Virus record (IMG/VR): IMGVR_UViG_3300032233_002382
Span: 128,001-192,000 of that record
DNA from: a virus
Taxonomy: Duplodnaviria; Caudoviricetes
DNA length: 64,000 nucleotides
Strand: one strand, 5' to 3'
Position numbers and translations under genes: made by a program. The notes under the pieces are model-generated. The model ran no database searches and was not told the origin of the DNA. It saw only the letters and a program-made list of their open reading frames with translations. This document shows positions 8,825-18,070 of the stretch, piece after piece. Positions within the stretch are counted from its first letter, which is position 1, and each line of letters opens with the position of its first letter.

Positions 8825-9454
8825 ATGGCTAACAGCTGGGACGAATTTTTAGGGTGCATTCAGGGCGACATTCGCAGATTAGACTCCGTGATTCGTTATA
8901 ACAGTATACCGGTGTTACAAAGGGAGTCTGTGGCGACTCACACCTTTTGGGTTACACTATATGCGATTTTGATTCACAGACACATTCATAAGGGTGGCAC
9001 CGCGTCTCATGTGGAGCAGGAAATAATGCTAGCAGCGTTGACTCACGATTTGGCTGAATGTGTTACTGGTGATGTTGTTAGAACATTTAAGTACTCGAAT
9101 CCGGAGTTAAAGAGGTGTATTGACGAATCCGAGGATATGATGGTCGTTAGATATTTTCCGGAAGCTCTAAAGTCGATCATGAGGGACAGTGATCGAATCT
9201 ATTCATCGAGTAGCGGACAGTATGTGAAGTCGATTATTAAAGCAGCAGACTTCACGTCCTTGTTTATGTTTATGAATCGAGAATGGATCAGGGGGAACCG
9301 TGAGATAACGCCCTTCATCAAACGAATGGTCCGTGATTTAGAAGCGTTTGCGTATGTAGATGAATCGGCTGAGTGGTACGATAAAGAATTAAGCCACCTC
9401 TATCATTTAATGTCCGAGCAAGCTCTGTGCGTACCCCCTAACCGCGAAGTGTAA
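8825..9454 (+). CDS. HD-domain nucleotidase (YfbR/DatZ-like)
   Basis: IRYNS...ESVATH, LTHDLAECVTGDV, IKAAD, GNRE; AGGAGA SD before ATG 8825. Confidence 0.85.
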   Translation: MANSWDEFLGCIQGDIRRLDSVIRYNSIPVLQRESVATHTFWVTLYAILIHRHIHKGGTASHVEQEIMLAALTHDLAECVTGDVVRTFKYSNPELKRCIDESEDMMVVRYFPEALKSIMRDSDRIYSSSSGQYVKSIIKAADFTSLFMFMNREWIRGNREITPFIKRMVRDLEAFAYVDESAEWYDKELSHLYHLMSEQALCVPPNREV

Positions 9455-9462
9455 AACCCATC

Positions 9463-9963
9463 ATGCTTATCGAAGAGAGAAACGTCGTCCAAGCACGAGT
9501 TGACGAACTTGATCGCCTTATGAACCAGATACCTGATGGAGGGTTACCAGAGACCGTTCGTTCGTATCTGTTAGCGAGGAAAAAGGAGCTCGAGGATCTG
9601 GGGGTTCAGTCGCAGGATCCCATCCTCACCTCGGTGATACGGTCGCATAAAGCGATATGTGCGGCAAAAAACATGGAAGAGAAGGCCGCGTATGGTCAAG
9701 ATCCGGCGGTTTATTACTCTCTAGGCATTTGTGGTGAAGCTGGAGAACTGGCCAACAACGTAGTTAAGAGTCTCCGGAATGGATGGGATCGTGTCCGTAT
9801 ATTAGAAGCCGTTAAAGGCGAGTTGCCTGACGTAATCATATATTCTTACATTCTGGCCTATGTACTAGATATAGATCTCACTAAATTAGTAAACGAGAAA
9901 GTCGAGATCGTTATTAAACGAGCGAACGCCGGGTACTACGGCGGTGAGATAGGTAAATCATGA
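9463..9963 (+). CDS. MazG-like nucleotide pyrophosphohydrolase with N-terminal helical extension
   Basis: LGICGEAGELAN...GELPDVIIY...LDIDL...NEK. Confidence 0.8.
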   Translation: MLIEERNVVQARVDELDRLMNQIPDGGLPETVRSYLLARKKELEDLGVQSQDPILTSVIRSHKAICAAKNMEEKAAYGQDPAVYYSLGICGEAGELANNVVKSLRNGWDRVRILEAVKGELPDVIIYSYILAYVLDIDLTKLVNEKVEIVIKRANAGYYGGEIGKS

Positions 9964-11027
9964 GGCTCGGATTGACGTTTGATGATGTGCTCTTGGTACC
10001 TCAGCACAGTGCAGTTCTTCCGAGTGGTGTCGATGTTTCGACGAAGTTTAGTCGGAACATCGACATGTCCATACCTATTTCTTCGAGCGCTATGGACACA
10101 GTTACCGAATCTGCGATGGCGGCAGCCCTAGGACAACTAGGCGGTGTGGGCGTAATTCACAAAAATAACTCGATTGACGAACAAGTATCACTTGTGCAGA
10201 CTGTTAAGCTTTACGATCCTTCGCTAACGATCTGTGCTGCGGTAGGAGTGAGTGATGATTGGAGGAAGCGTACCGAGTCGCTTATTAAGGCTGGTATAAA
10301 AGGAATAGTCTTAGATTCTGCTCATGGTCATTCGGAGAATGTGCTGGTAGTTGCCAAGACAATTAAGCGAGACTATTCGGAAGTCGATGTGATCGTCGGA
10401 AACGTAGCGACTGCTTCGGCAGCTCAAGCACTCTGTGACATCGGGATAGATGCGATCAAGGTCGGGATCGGTCCCGGATCGATATGTACTACTAGGATCG
10501 TCGCGGGAGTTGGAGTACCTCAACTAACCGCTATTCTGGATGTGGTACCGGTAGCAGATCGTTATGATATTCCGGTTATAGCAGACGGTGGCATAAAGCA
10601 TTCAGGCGACATCGTTAAAGCTTTAGCCGCAGGAGCCGATTCCGTAATGATTGGAAGCCTCTTAGCGGCAACCGATCAGTCTCCAGGTGCTGAGTTCGAA
10701 TCCGATGGGATCCGGTACAAGTCATATCGGGGAATGGGATCTGAAGCGGCGATGTCCAAGGGATCTAAAGACCGATATTTCCAGTCTGAGTCTACAAAGT
10801 TCGTACCTGAAGGTGTTGAAGGGGCGGTTCCACTTAAAGGCGCTACAAAAGACGTGATATTCCAGTTGGTCGGAGGTCTCAGAAGCGGGATGGGCTATTG
10901 TGGCGCAAAGAATCTAGCCTCGCTTCGTTCGAATGCCGAGTTCATTCAAATCACGACCGCTGGACTATCTGAGTCTCACGTTCACGGTCTTAGTTCATTT
11001 AAGAAATCGTTAAACTACGGAATTTAA
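9960..11027 (+). CDS. guaB: IMP dehydrogenase lacking the CBS pair
   Basis: [47 protein letters not shown] (catalytic Cys), IADGGI, YRGMGS, VPEGVEG; 355 aa. Confidence 0.97.
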   Translation: MRLGLTFDDVLLVPQHSAVLPSGVDVSTKFSRNIDMSIPISSSAMDTVTESAMAAALGQLGGVGVIHKNNSIDEQVSLVQTVKLYDPSLTICAAVGVSDDWRKRTESLIKAGIKGIVLDSAHGHSENVLVVAKTIKRDYSEVDVIVGNVATASAAQALCDIGIDAIKVGIGPGSICTTRIVAGVGVPQLTAILDVVPVADRYDIPVIADGGIKHSGDIVKALAAGADSVMIGSLLAATDQSPGAEFESDGIRYKSYRGMGSEAAMSKGSKDRYFQSESTKFVPEGVEGAVPLKGATKDVIFQLVGGLRSGMGYCGAKNLASLRSNAEFIQITTAGLSESHVHGLSSFKKSLNYGI

Positions 11028-12551
11028 ATGCAAAAGATTCTAATAGTAGACTTTGGCTCACAATACACCCAGTTGATTGCTAGGCGGATCAGGTCTTTCA
11101 ACGTGTTTTGTGAAATTGTGTCGTGTAAAACTGATTTAACGCCACATTTGACCAAAGATACTCGAGGAGTGATTCTTTCTGGCGGACCTGCAAGCGTCAA
11201 CGATCCAGGCGCACCTCAGCTCGATATGCGATTGCTAGAAATTGGTGTGCCGGTTCTAGGTATATGCTACGGATTTCAGCTCCTGGCTAAGTCTCTAGGA
11301 GGTGAAGTATCCAAATCCGATTCGCGAGAATATGGCTTATCTTATTTGATTCCGGATGAAGAGTATTATCTTAAGTCTGATGCGGATTCTCAGGTCTGGA
11401 TGTCTCATGGAGATAAAGTAACCAAGCTTCCTAATGGCTGGGTTCGAATTGCTTCTACAAGCACTTGCGAATTCGCGGTTGCCGAAGATATTAGTGGACT
11501 TATTTGTGGAATTCAGTTTCATCCAGAAGTGACTCATACACCTGACGGGTCTAGAATCCTTAAGGAATTCGTGCGTTCTTGCCGAATTTCGAGCGAATGG
11601 ACGAGCCAATCATTCATCGATAAGGCGGTTGAAGACATTAAAATCACTGTTGGATCTGATAACGTGATTTGCGCTTTGTCCGGTGGAGTCGATAGTGCAG
11701 TTACGGCAGCTCTTATATATAAAGCCATAGGAAGCCAGCTTACTTGTGTGTTTGTAGATAACGGTCTTATGCGACATAATGAAAGACATGATATAGAAGG
11801 CACATTTTCTTCAATGTTCGGAGGTTCCTTTCATTGCACCGATGCGGGTTTAGAATTCCTGCACGCCCTGCAAGGTGTGTCTGATCCGGAGCAAAAAAGA
11901 AAAATCATCGGACATAAATTCATAGAAGTATTCGATAGATTTGTTGCTGAATCCTCCATCGAATATAAGTTTTTAGCCCAGGGCACTTTATATCCAGATG
12001 TCATCGAAAGTACCAGCGCCAATGGGCCTAGCGCAGTAATCAAGAGTCATCATAATGTGGGAGGACTGCCAGAAGGCATTAAATTTTCGCTATTAGAGCC
12101 GCTGCGCTATCTATTTAAGGATGAAGTTCGTGAAGTAGGTCGGTCACTTGGCATAGATTCGAAAATTATTGATCGACAGCCTTTTCCAGGACCAGGATTG
12201 GCGATCCGCATATCAGGAGCCGTCGATGAGCTTAAGCTAAGTATTCTTCGCAGGGCAGACCTGATTGTTCGTGAGGAAGCGGCTAAGAGAGGACTCGACA
12301 AAACGACTTGGCAATGTTTTGCGGCTCTTCTGCCGATTCGCACGGTCGGCGTAATGGGCGACGGTCGGACTTACGATTATATGGCTTGTTTGCGAGTTGT
12401 AAACAGCGAGGATGGAATGACGGCCAGCGTGCCGTGGCCGATTGAATTCCTCGAACAAACCAGTTCGAGGATTGTTAACGAGGTCAAAGGAATAAATCGA
12501 GTAGTTTACGACATTACGACAAAGCCGCCATCTACCATCGAACTCGAGTGA
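11028..12551 (+). CDS. guaA: GMP synthase (glutamine-hydrolysing)
   Basis: DFGSQYTQLIARR, LGICYGFQ, QFHPEV, LSGGVDS, QGTLYPDVIES, IKSHHNVGGLP, PFPGPGL, KPPSTIELE. Confidence 0.97.
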   Translation: MQKILIVDFGSQYTQLIARRIRSFNVFCEIVSCKTDLTPHLTKDTRGVILSGGPASVNDPGAPQLDMRLLEIGVPVLGICYGFQLLAKSLGGEVSKSDSREYGLSYLIPDEEYYLKSDADSQVWMSHGDKVTKLPNGWVRIASTSTCEFAVAEDISGLICGIQFHPEVTHTPDGSRILKEFVRSCRISSEWTSQSFIDKAVEDIKITVGSDNVICALSGGVDSAVTAALIYKAIGSQLTCVFVDNGLMRHNERHDIEGTFSSMFGGSFHCTDAGLEFLHALQGVSDPEQKRKIIGHKFIEVFDRFVAESSIEYKFLAQGTLYPDVIESTSANGPSAVIKSHHNVGGLPEGIKFSLLEPLRYLFKDEVREVGRSLGIDSKIIDRQPFPGPGLAIRISGAVDELKLSILRRADLIVREEAAKRGLDKTTWQCFAALLPIRTVGVMGDGRTYDYMACLRVVNSEDGMTASVPWPIEFLEQTSSRIVNEVKGINRVVYDITTKPPSTIELE

Positions 12552-12881
12552 TTAAAACCCACCATTCAGGTTTCCACGAAAGAGCTTGTAGAAGGGCAGC
12601 GTGTTTTTAGGATTATTTATTACGTTGTATGGTCTTTGGTCTTGCTGTATTTGCGACTGGACTAGAGGGATTTCCAGAGCCATCCGTCGTAAGCATTCAT
12701 CAGTAGTGACTCTTAAAAGATCATTTTTAGCATGCGGATTTCTTTGGAGAATGAATGTCACCTGATCGTAGGTGAGTTGGTCTAGTCTACACTTTCCTTG
12801 TATAAACCACATATTGTTCGAACAGTCACCATCACATAATGATTTAGATGCATCTGGATTGCAGTTATCGTCCATGTTCAT
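12552..12881 (-). CDS. Hypothetical protein
   Basis: ORF with AGGAG SD. Confidence 0.55.
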   Translation of the reverse strand: MNMDDNCNPDASKSLCDGDCSNNMWFIQGKCRLDQLTYDQVTFILQRNPHAKNDLLRVTTDECLRRMALEIPLVQSQIQQDQRPYNVINNPKNTLPFYKLFRGNLNGGF

Positions 12882-12890
12882 CTGAGACTC

Positions 12891-13646
12891 CTAAATTCTA
12901 GTTGTGACTACACAGTTTTCATTGAATCGTAGACCATTTCGATGTACTTGCCAATCCTTACTAATGATCGAAGATCCACCGCATCCGAAGTCGAGAGTGT
13001 ATCCTGAGTTGTCTTCCACACCATAGTTATTCGCTATCGCTAGTGTGCAGTCGTTACGTTTGCAGAAATCCATCCAGTTGTTCGGAGGAAATCCTGATTT
13101 GCCCCAATTCGCACATGCCAACACGATGTCAGGTTTCGAGGTCGAAAAAATAGGATTATTTCCTAAGTGTGGTGGAGATTTCGATCTAATGTCGCGGCAA
13201 ATCAGCAGGGACACCTTTCCGTGCGGCGTTTTTATGATTCCGGGCTCTTCTTCTCCCACGCTTGCCCAAAGGAAATCGTTAGCCCACAAGTTCCGTTTCT
13301 GATAAGTAGATACTAAGTCCCCATTCGGATCGATTAGATTAGCAGCATTATATAGCGAATCATCGCGTCGTTCCATGAATCCATATGCTATGTAACAGGA
13401 GAGCTCCTGGGCGAACCTCGACATTTTGTTAAACGTAGGACCATCACAAGGCTCGCATAGAGTATTTACGACGCTTGAGTCTACGTGAGCATAGCCACTA
13501 AAACATAGTTCGGGCAAAACTATGATTTCGCTACCTAATTCTCCGGCCTGATATATCAAAGAGGAAGCTTTTCTTAAATTATCTGATATATCGGCTGCGC
13601 AAGATGCTAGACGCGGTTTATACTGTATTACTGATATTATGCTCAT
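12891..13646 (-). CDS. Carbon-nitrogen hydrolase (nitrilase-family amidohydrolase)
   Basis: VLPELCFSGY (Glu), YQKRNL (Lys), LICRDI (Cys) catalytic triad. Confidence 0.88.
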   Translation of the reverse strand: MSIISVIQYKPRLASCAADISDNLRKASSLIYQAGELGSEIIVLPELCFSGYAHVDSSVVNTLCEPCDGPTFNKMSRFAQELSCYIAYGFMERRDDSLYNAANLIDPNGDLVSTYQKRNLWANDFLWASVGEEEPGIIKTPHGKVSLLICRDIRSKSPPHLGNNPIFSTSKPDIVLACANWGKSGFPPNNWMDFCKRNDCTLAIANNYGVEDNSGYTLDFGCGGSSIISKDWQVHRNGLRFNENCVVTTRI

Positions 13647-13957
13647 TTTTCTATCTCAATATGAACGGAGTTTGCAGCTTTCTCAGCTGCTTCGTCGATT
13701 TTCTTCTGTATTCCGATCTTAAATGACATTGTATGCTTTTCGATCATATCCACACTAGCGCTGACGCTCTTGAATGCTTCAGCATCTCCGCCTCTATCCG
13801 GATGATGCTTAGCCATAAGTGCTTTGGCCTTCTTTTTAGCCTCTAACATAATTGCGTCGGCTGCAGACAACTTTTCTTTTCGAGTCATAACAGATAACTT
13901 AAGGAATATTACTCCAGGATCCATACCAATATTTCGAAAAGCGTCGTGAATGTTCAT
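13643..13957 (-). CDS. Small J-domain protein
   Basis: KALMAKHHPDRGGDAEAFK (HPD motif). Confidence 0.75.
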   Translation of the reverse strand: MNIHDAFRNIGMDPGVIFLKLSVMTRKEKLSAADAIMLEAKKKAKALMAKHHPDRGGDAEAFKSVSASVDMIEKHTMSFKIGIQKKIDEAAEKAANSVHIEIEK

Positions 13958-14136
13958 AAATTTAACCCACGAAGAGATTTCGCTCCCTTACTTTTACGTT
14001 TTACTAACTGTTTATCTAGAAAAGATAACAAATCTGATATTTTATCGGGTTCGTAACCATGTAGCTTTTTGTAGTCCTGGATGCACTCAAGAAGCTTGGT
14101 ATGCAACTCATCGTAGGTCATATTTCACATTACTCG

Positions 14137-14143
14137 GTACTGT
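14137..14143 (+). promoter_or_regulatory. Putative -10 element (GTACTGT), leaderless start at 14149
   Basis: TAnnnT-N5-ATG, no SD. Confidence 0.5.
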
Positions 14144-14148
14144 TGTGC

Positions 14149-14328
14149 ATGAAGAAGCCAATTTCACCGAACTGGAATGAACTGTTCAAGTATGCCGTGA
14201 CTGAAGCAGAGAAGAAATCTCTGAATAAAATGGTAGCGGTCTTAAAGAACAATGAGGGCCGTAAAGAGTATATATGCAGAAAATTAGGTATTATATCAAT
14301 AAATGACGTACGCCGAATGATAAAATGA
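14149..14328 (+). CDS. Small hypothetical protein
   Basis: Part of ORF 14101-14328; internal ATG matches the promoter spacing. Confidence 0.45.
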   Translation: MKKPISPNWNELFKYAVTEAEKKSLNKMVAVLKNNEGRKEYICRKLGIISINDVRRMIK

Positions 14329-14339
14329 CCTGCTTAAGT

Positions 14340-14346
14340 GTAATAT
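14340..14346 (+). promoter_or_regulatory. Putative -10 element (GTAATAT) for the H1-like gene
   Basis: AAGTG-TAATAT; predicted +1 is A14352. Confidence 0.55.
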
Positions 14347-14380
14347 TATACAGGTCCTTCATGACCTAATGGGGATATAC

Positions 14381-15163
14381 ATGGCTAAAATCAAGAAGGC
14401 AGCAAAGACAGTCAAGCAGAAAGTAACTCCGAAACCGCCGACGAAATCGGCAAAGCCTTCAAAGGTCGTTAAACCTTCGGCCACAATCAAGGCCGAAGTC
14501 AAAGCGCCGACTAAAGAGGCTGTAGCGACGGTTGTCAAGGTCAAACAGACAACAGCTGCTATCTCGAGGATCATTAAAGGTATCGACAACGAGGCCGTGT
14601 CGGTTAAGAAAGCCCATGAAGCCTTGACTAAGAAGATCGATAAAATCAACGCGTCGGTCAGCGTGGCGAACAAACTCCTCTCTGGACTTTCAAATATCTC
14701 GGTCGCATCTTTACCGAAGGCTATCCCTAATCCGGTTTCGAAGCCCGAAGGAAAGCCCTCTAAGACGCCTGAGAAGGTGGTCGCAGCGGTTAAGGCGCCT
14801 ACTACAAAAGATACGACGTTATCTGTGCCGAAAGACGCACCAGAGGCTTCATCGGTTTCGAATGGGTCTCGAGTCCCCCTCAAGACCGCGATCGACGATG
14901 TCATCAGCAGTTCTGATAAGCCCCTGAGCGCAGCGACCATTTATGCTGGAGTGACTTCTAAGCATGGTCAGTGGAGTCGTCAGAGCCTCTATAATGCATT
15001 AAAGGACGACACGCGGTACGTCAAGACCGGGGACGGTGCTAACGCCGCGTATTCGATCAAGTCCGCTGCCGGTGTCACGGTTCCGGGATCTACCGAAGAA
15101 GAGGCTGATGCGTTGATTCAGAAAATGACGGATAACTCCGCTCCTCTTGCCAATTTAGTTTAA
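14381..15163 (+). CDS. Histone H1-like Lys/Ala/Pro-rich protein with C-terminal winged helix
   Basis: AKIKKAAKTVKQKVTPKPPTKSAKPSK...; LKTAIDDVISSSDKPLSAATIY...SLYNALKDDTRYVKTG (HARE-HTH-like); GGGGA SD before ATG 14381. Confidence 0.6.
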   Translation: MAKIKKAAKTVKQKVTPKPPTKSAKPSKVVKPSATIKAEVKAPTKEAVATVVKVKQTTAAISRIIKGIDNEAVSVKKAHEALTKKIDKINASVSVANKLLSGLSNISVASLPKAIPNPVSKPEGKPSKTPEKVVAAVKAPTTKDTTLSVPKDAPEASSVSNGSRVPLKTAIDDVISSSDKPLSAATIYAGVTSKHGQWSRQSLYNALKDDTRYVKTGDGANAAYSIKSAAGVTVPGSTEEEADALIQKMTDNSAPLANLV

Positions 15164-15166
15164 ACT

Positions 15167-15200
15167 TGACCCCCTAAGGTATCATTACTTTAGGGGGTCA
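15167..15200 (+). terminator. Intergenic 15-bp stem-loop, probable terminator
   Basis: TGACCCCCTAAGGTA-TCAT-TACTTTAGGGGGTCA, one G-U pair, 4 nt after the stop. Confidence 0.65.
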
Positions 15201-15211
15201 TTCGTATCCAT

Positions 15212-15808
15212 ATGAAATTACCTATATTTAAAAATGTCGAAGAGCTTCGGGCAAATCTGGTAGAGCATAACTCCACTAAAGTATATGAGTCTCTTACTAA
15301 GTCAGGAATAAAACCGAGCTGCAAAAAAGGCTGTGCCTCATGTTGTTATCGAAAGATATATGTGACGTTAGCTGAGGCTATAATCATCTATAGAGAAATA
15401 AAGAAAAAGAAGATACTACAAGAGGTACTCAAGGACTGTAAAAAGAATGAATCCATAGTGAGTGAAACAGATGCGAACTCTTATTTTGTTATGAAAATTC
15501 CGTGTCCCTTATTGAATACGAAAACGAATTCATGTAGAGTGTATTCTGTTAGGCCGGTTGGATGTTCCACTCACTGGGTTTTATCAAGCCCTAAGCTTTG
15601 TGACCCGTGGAATTCAACGAATGCACAGTATAGACCTTTCCAGTTTAACTCAATAGCGAATTCCTTTTATAAGATTGCCGCTCGTAAGAATGGTACTCAG
15701 GCGCTAATACGTCTTCCGATTCAGCAGGCATTACTAATAGTCGATGGTATGACGAAGCGGCAGTTTGCCTCGTTAGAGGATTTCATAATCGAAGCGGGTA
15801 AAAGATGA
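15212..15808 (+). CDS. YkgJ/FliB-like cysteine-cluster (Fe-S or Zn) protein
   Basis: CKKGCASCC ... CPLL ... CRVYSVRPVGC. Confidence 0.85.
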   Translation: MKLPIFKNVEELRANLVEHNSTKVYESLTKSGIKPSCKKGCASCCYRKIYVTLAEAIIIYREIKKKKILQEVLKDCKKNESIVSETDANSYFVMKIPCPLLNTKTNSCRVYSVRPVGCSTHWVLSSPKLCDPWNSTNAQYRPFQFNSIANSFYKIAARKNGTQALIRLPIQQALLIVDGMTKRQFASLEDFIIEAGKR

Positions 15809-16068
15809 CAGGACCTTGCCTTTTTTGTGACAAGCCTTCGCCATTGCGTGTAAAAGCGAATACCGTAGAGAATAATAGAGACTTGCATGTGTGCGATATG
15901 CACTGGAAGATACTTCAAAATCCGCACACAGCTTTACCTTTTTTGCGTGGCGTAAGCATGATGCAGCTACAAAGAGACGAAATAAAATATGACGGAACCG
16001 TTAAGAAGCTAGTTGAAGGGTATTTTGATAGTATCGCTAAGTGGAAAAAGCAAAATCCGAAGAATTAG
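15805..16068 (+). CDS. Small Zn-finger-like hypothetical protein
   Basis: CLFC ... CDMH; ATGA overlap with the upstream gene. Confidence 0.55.
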   Translation: MTGPCLFCDKPSPLRVKANTVENNRDLHVCDMHWKILQNPHTALPFLRGVSMMQLQRDEIKYDGTVKKLVEGYFDSIAKWKKQNPKN

Positions 16069-16696
16069 AAACAACACCATTTATTTTATGGCGTATTTCT
16101 CGTATGTGCTTGTTCGTGATGGTCTTCCCGCCGTAAGATAAAGCTAGGCGGATAACCTCAACGTTCGCTCCGGTGCGAGCAGCTCTAATGAATTTTGCGC
16201 AGTCATACATCTTCTTTTGTCGGCATATTTCTTCAAGTTCAAGAACGCTTTCACTTTCCACAAAATTGCTCGATGGTTCCATCTCGGCTGTCTCTACGAG
16301 CGGTCGTTCTTCATCATTCATTGGTTCATAAATGCTGTCTTTTTCCTTGTCGTACCTTCTCTTTTTGTGAACAAGGTTTATACACACGTTGTTCGCGACC
16401 ATGTAAACATAGTGACCGAAACTCGACTTGCGCGGATCATGGGCGCTTTTCGTGTAATTCTTGTGAAGGATCGCTGCATAAACCTCCTGGAGCAGTTCTT
16501 CCATAGGAATACCTTCAACACTAAAAAATTTGTGTACTAGCTTAATGATATCCTGACGCTTCTTTAGAACGTCGATTCCCAGATCCACTTTGTCATTATC
16601 AACAGCTTTACGTGGCCATGGATACTTTGTGGGAGCTTTTTTGAGTTCTTTTTCGGTCCGAATATAAGCAATCGCTGGCTGGTCGGCTGCGCTCAT
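16037..16696 (-). CDS. Sigma70-family (ECF-like) RNA polymerase sigma factor
   Basis: EELLQEVYAAIL...HDPRKSSFGHYVYMVANNVCINLVHKKRR (region 2); GAGGG SD. Confidence 0.72.
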   Translation of the reverse strand: MSAADQPAIAYIRTEKELKKAPTKYPWPRKAVDNDKVDLGIDVLKKRQDIIKLVHKFFSVEGIPMEELLQEVYAAILHKNYTKSAHDPRKSSFGHYVYMVANNVCINLVHKKRRYDKEKDSIYEPMNDEERPLVETAEMEPSSNFVESESVLELEEICRQKKMYDCAKFIRAARTGANVEVIRLALSYGGKTITNKHIREIRHKINGVVSNSSDFAFST

Positions 16697-16784
16697 TAGT
16701 CGCCCTCTTGTCTAATATGGTCTAGTTTATGGTTCTAGTGGAAGAGTATTCTATCATTAGAACTTAAAAAGCGCAATATATTCG

Positions 16785-16791
16785 GTAAAGT
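16785..16791 (+). promoter_or_regulatory. Putative -10 element (GTAAAGT), leaderless start at 16797
   Basis: TAnnnT-N5-ATG, no SD. Confidence 0.55.
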
Positions 16792-16796
16792 ATATC

Positions 16797-17390
16797 ATGA
16801 AAGCCGATTTCTTAAAAGAATGTCATGGTGAAATTACCGCAAAAGCGGGTATGCCAGTTCCTTTGAATGACTTCATGAATGAGTATTGCAGAATTTGCCA
16901 AAATAAAGACTGCGGACGATCTGCTGGATCGAACAGTTTAATGTTTAATCGAGCCATAAACTGGCAAAATCGTCTATTTCTAGATGTTAAGCAAGACGTT
17001 AACGATCCAAAGTACGATCTGATTCGTAGCAAATGGTTTAAGCAAGAACAGATTTCAGTAAATGGTGAATTACTCGAAAATGCAAATCAAACGACAGAAT
17101 TTGTGAATTCACCTCCGGAACCCCAAGAACGCACTCCACCTGAGCCTGTTGGTTCTGATACGGTATTGTCTATCAGTAATGTCGAGCCCACAGAGTATGA
17201 AAACCGTTCAACCGAAGAGCCTAGAGATGTGATTAAAATAGAAGAGCCTAGAGGTGTGCTTAAGATAGAAGAGGTACCCAACAACCGAACCGTTGATTCT
17301 ATAATCCCACCTGACGGCGAACAATTCTTGGATGATGGTCGAAATGATGTAGTTATAAAACCTGGCGGCTCATTTACTTTCGGTGATTAA
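16797..17390 (+). CDS. Hypothetical protein (Cys-rich N-terminus, acidic linker)
   Basis: YCRICQNKDC; conserved-looking tail IKPGGSFTFG. Confidence 0.65.
   Translation: MKADFLKECHGEITAKAGMPVPLNDFMNEYCRICQNKDCGRSAGSNSLMFNRAINWQNRLFLDVKQDVNDPKYDLIRSKWFKQEQISVNGELLENANQTTEFVNSPPEPQERTPPEPVGSDTVLSISNVEPTEYENRSTEEPRDVIKIEEPRGVLKIEEVPNNRTVDSIIPPDGEQFLDDGRNDVVIKPGGSFTFGD
17214..17273 (+). repeat. Imperfect 27-bp in-frame tandem duplication
   Basis: GAAGAGCCTAGAGATGTGATTAAAATA / GAAGAGCCTAGAGGTGTGCTTAAGATA / GAAGAG (EEPRDVIKI EEPRGVLKI EE). Confidence 0.85.
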
Positions 17391-18070
17391 TGTCGACAGC
17401 ATTACTAAGCACGGATGACATCAGTATTCTTAATCAGACGCGTCGGTCGATAAACTCTCAAGACATTGATTCAGTCGCACTTGAGATCGAAACCAACCAT
17501 CCAAATCTACCAGTACACATTAAAGAAAGACTGTTGACTGAATTCAGTGTCATGCTGTCTGATCCAGGAACGTACTTGATCGATGAGTCTACCGGTTCGG
17601 TAATATTCAAGATTTCGGCAGAAATGTTAGTGCAATACCCTGATCTCAAAAGAGAAGATGGACGTTTAGTCTCGCGTGACAAGACGCTTCATCCCAAATT
17701 CACGAGTGCATTAGCTCTTAGCAGACATCACCAAACTAAGCTAGATCGGGTTATAAGGGATCAGCCATTCGAATCAGTCGAACATATCGTCGATCCGAAG
17801 AGTATTCTTAGAGAAGCCAAAACGCTTACTAAGAAAACCTATGCGAACTTACCGGTCGATAGTGAAACAGACTTGATTGAGATAGGCCGTGAGAATGTGA
17901 ACGGTATATTCCAGGCTTTCAATCCTAAATTCATTAGAACCAACATGTATGGGGCCCAGCTAGCTAAGGTCCTGGACCAAATAGAGCATCCGAATTATGA
18001 ATTCTTAGGAATAAAAATGAGATCTAATTACAAAGAGATGTGGTACGAGGTGTTAGTTCGAATCGGATAG
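17390..18070 (+). CDS. Hypothetical protein
   Basis: ORF with TAATG coupling to the upstream gene. Confidence 0.65.
   Translation: MSTALLSTDDISILNQTRRSINSQDIDSVALEIETNHPNLPVHIKERLLTEFSVMLSDPGTYLIDESTGSVIFKISAEMLVQYPDLKREDGRLVSRDKTLHPKFTSALALSRHHQTKLDRVIRDQPFESVEHIVDPKSILREAKTLTKKTYANLPVDSETDLIEIGRENVNGIFQAFNPKFIRTNMYGAQLAKVLDQIEHPNYEFLGIKMRSNYKEMWYEVLVRIG

Noticed and set aside
8825-12551. Calling this a Z-genome (2-aminoadenine) cluster
   Set aside because: No PurA/PurZ-like ORF is in the window and the GuaB/GuaA motifs are canonical; kept only as a hypothesis to test
14040-14065. GGGTTCGTAACC as a tRNA T-arm
   Set aside because: The flanks do not pair and no cloverleaf can be built
14359-14940. 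193-aa antisense ORF, and similar shadow ORFs such as 1779-2273, 995-1372 and 28631-29077
   Set aside because: They mirror well-supported genes, have no motifs or SD, and are explained by codon bias on the sense strand
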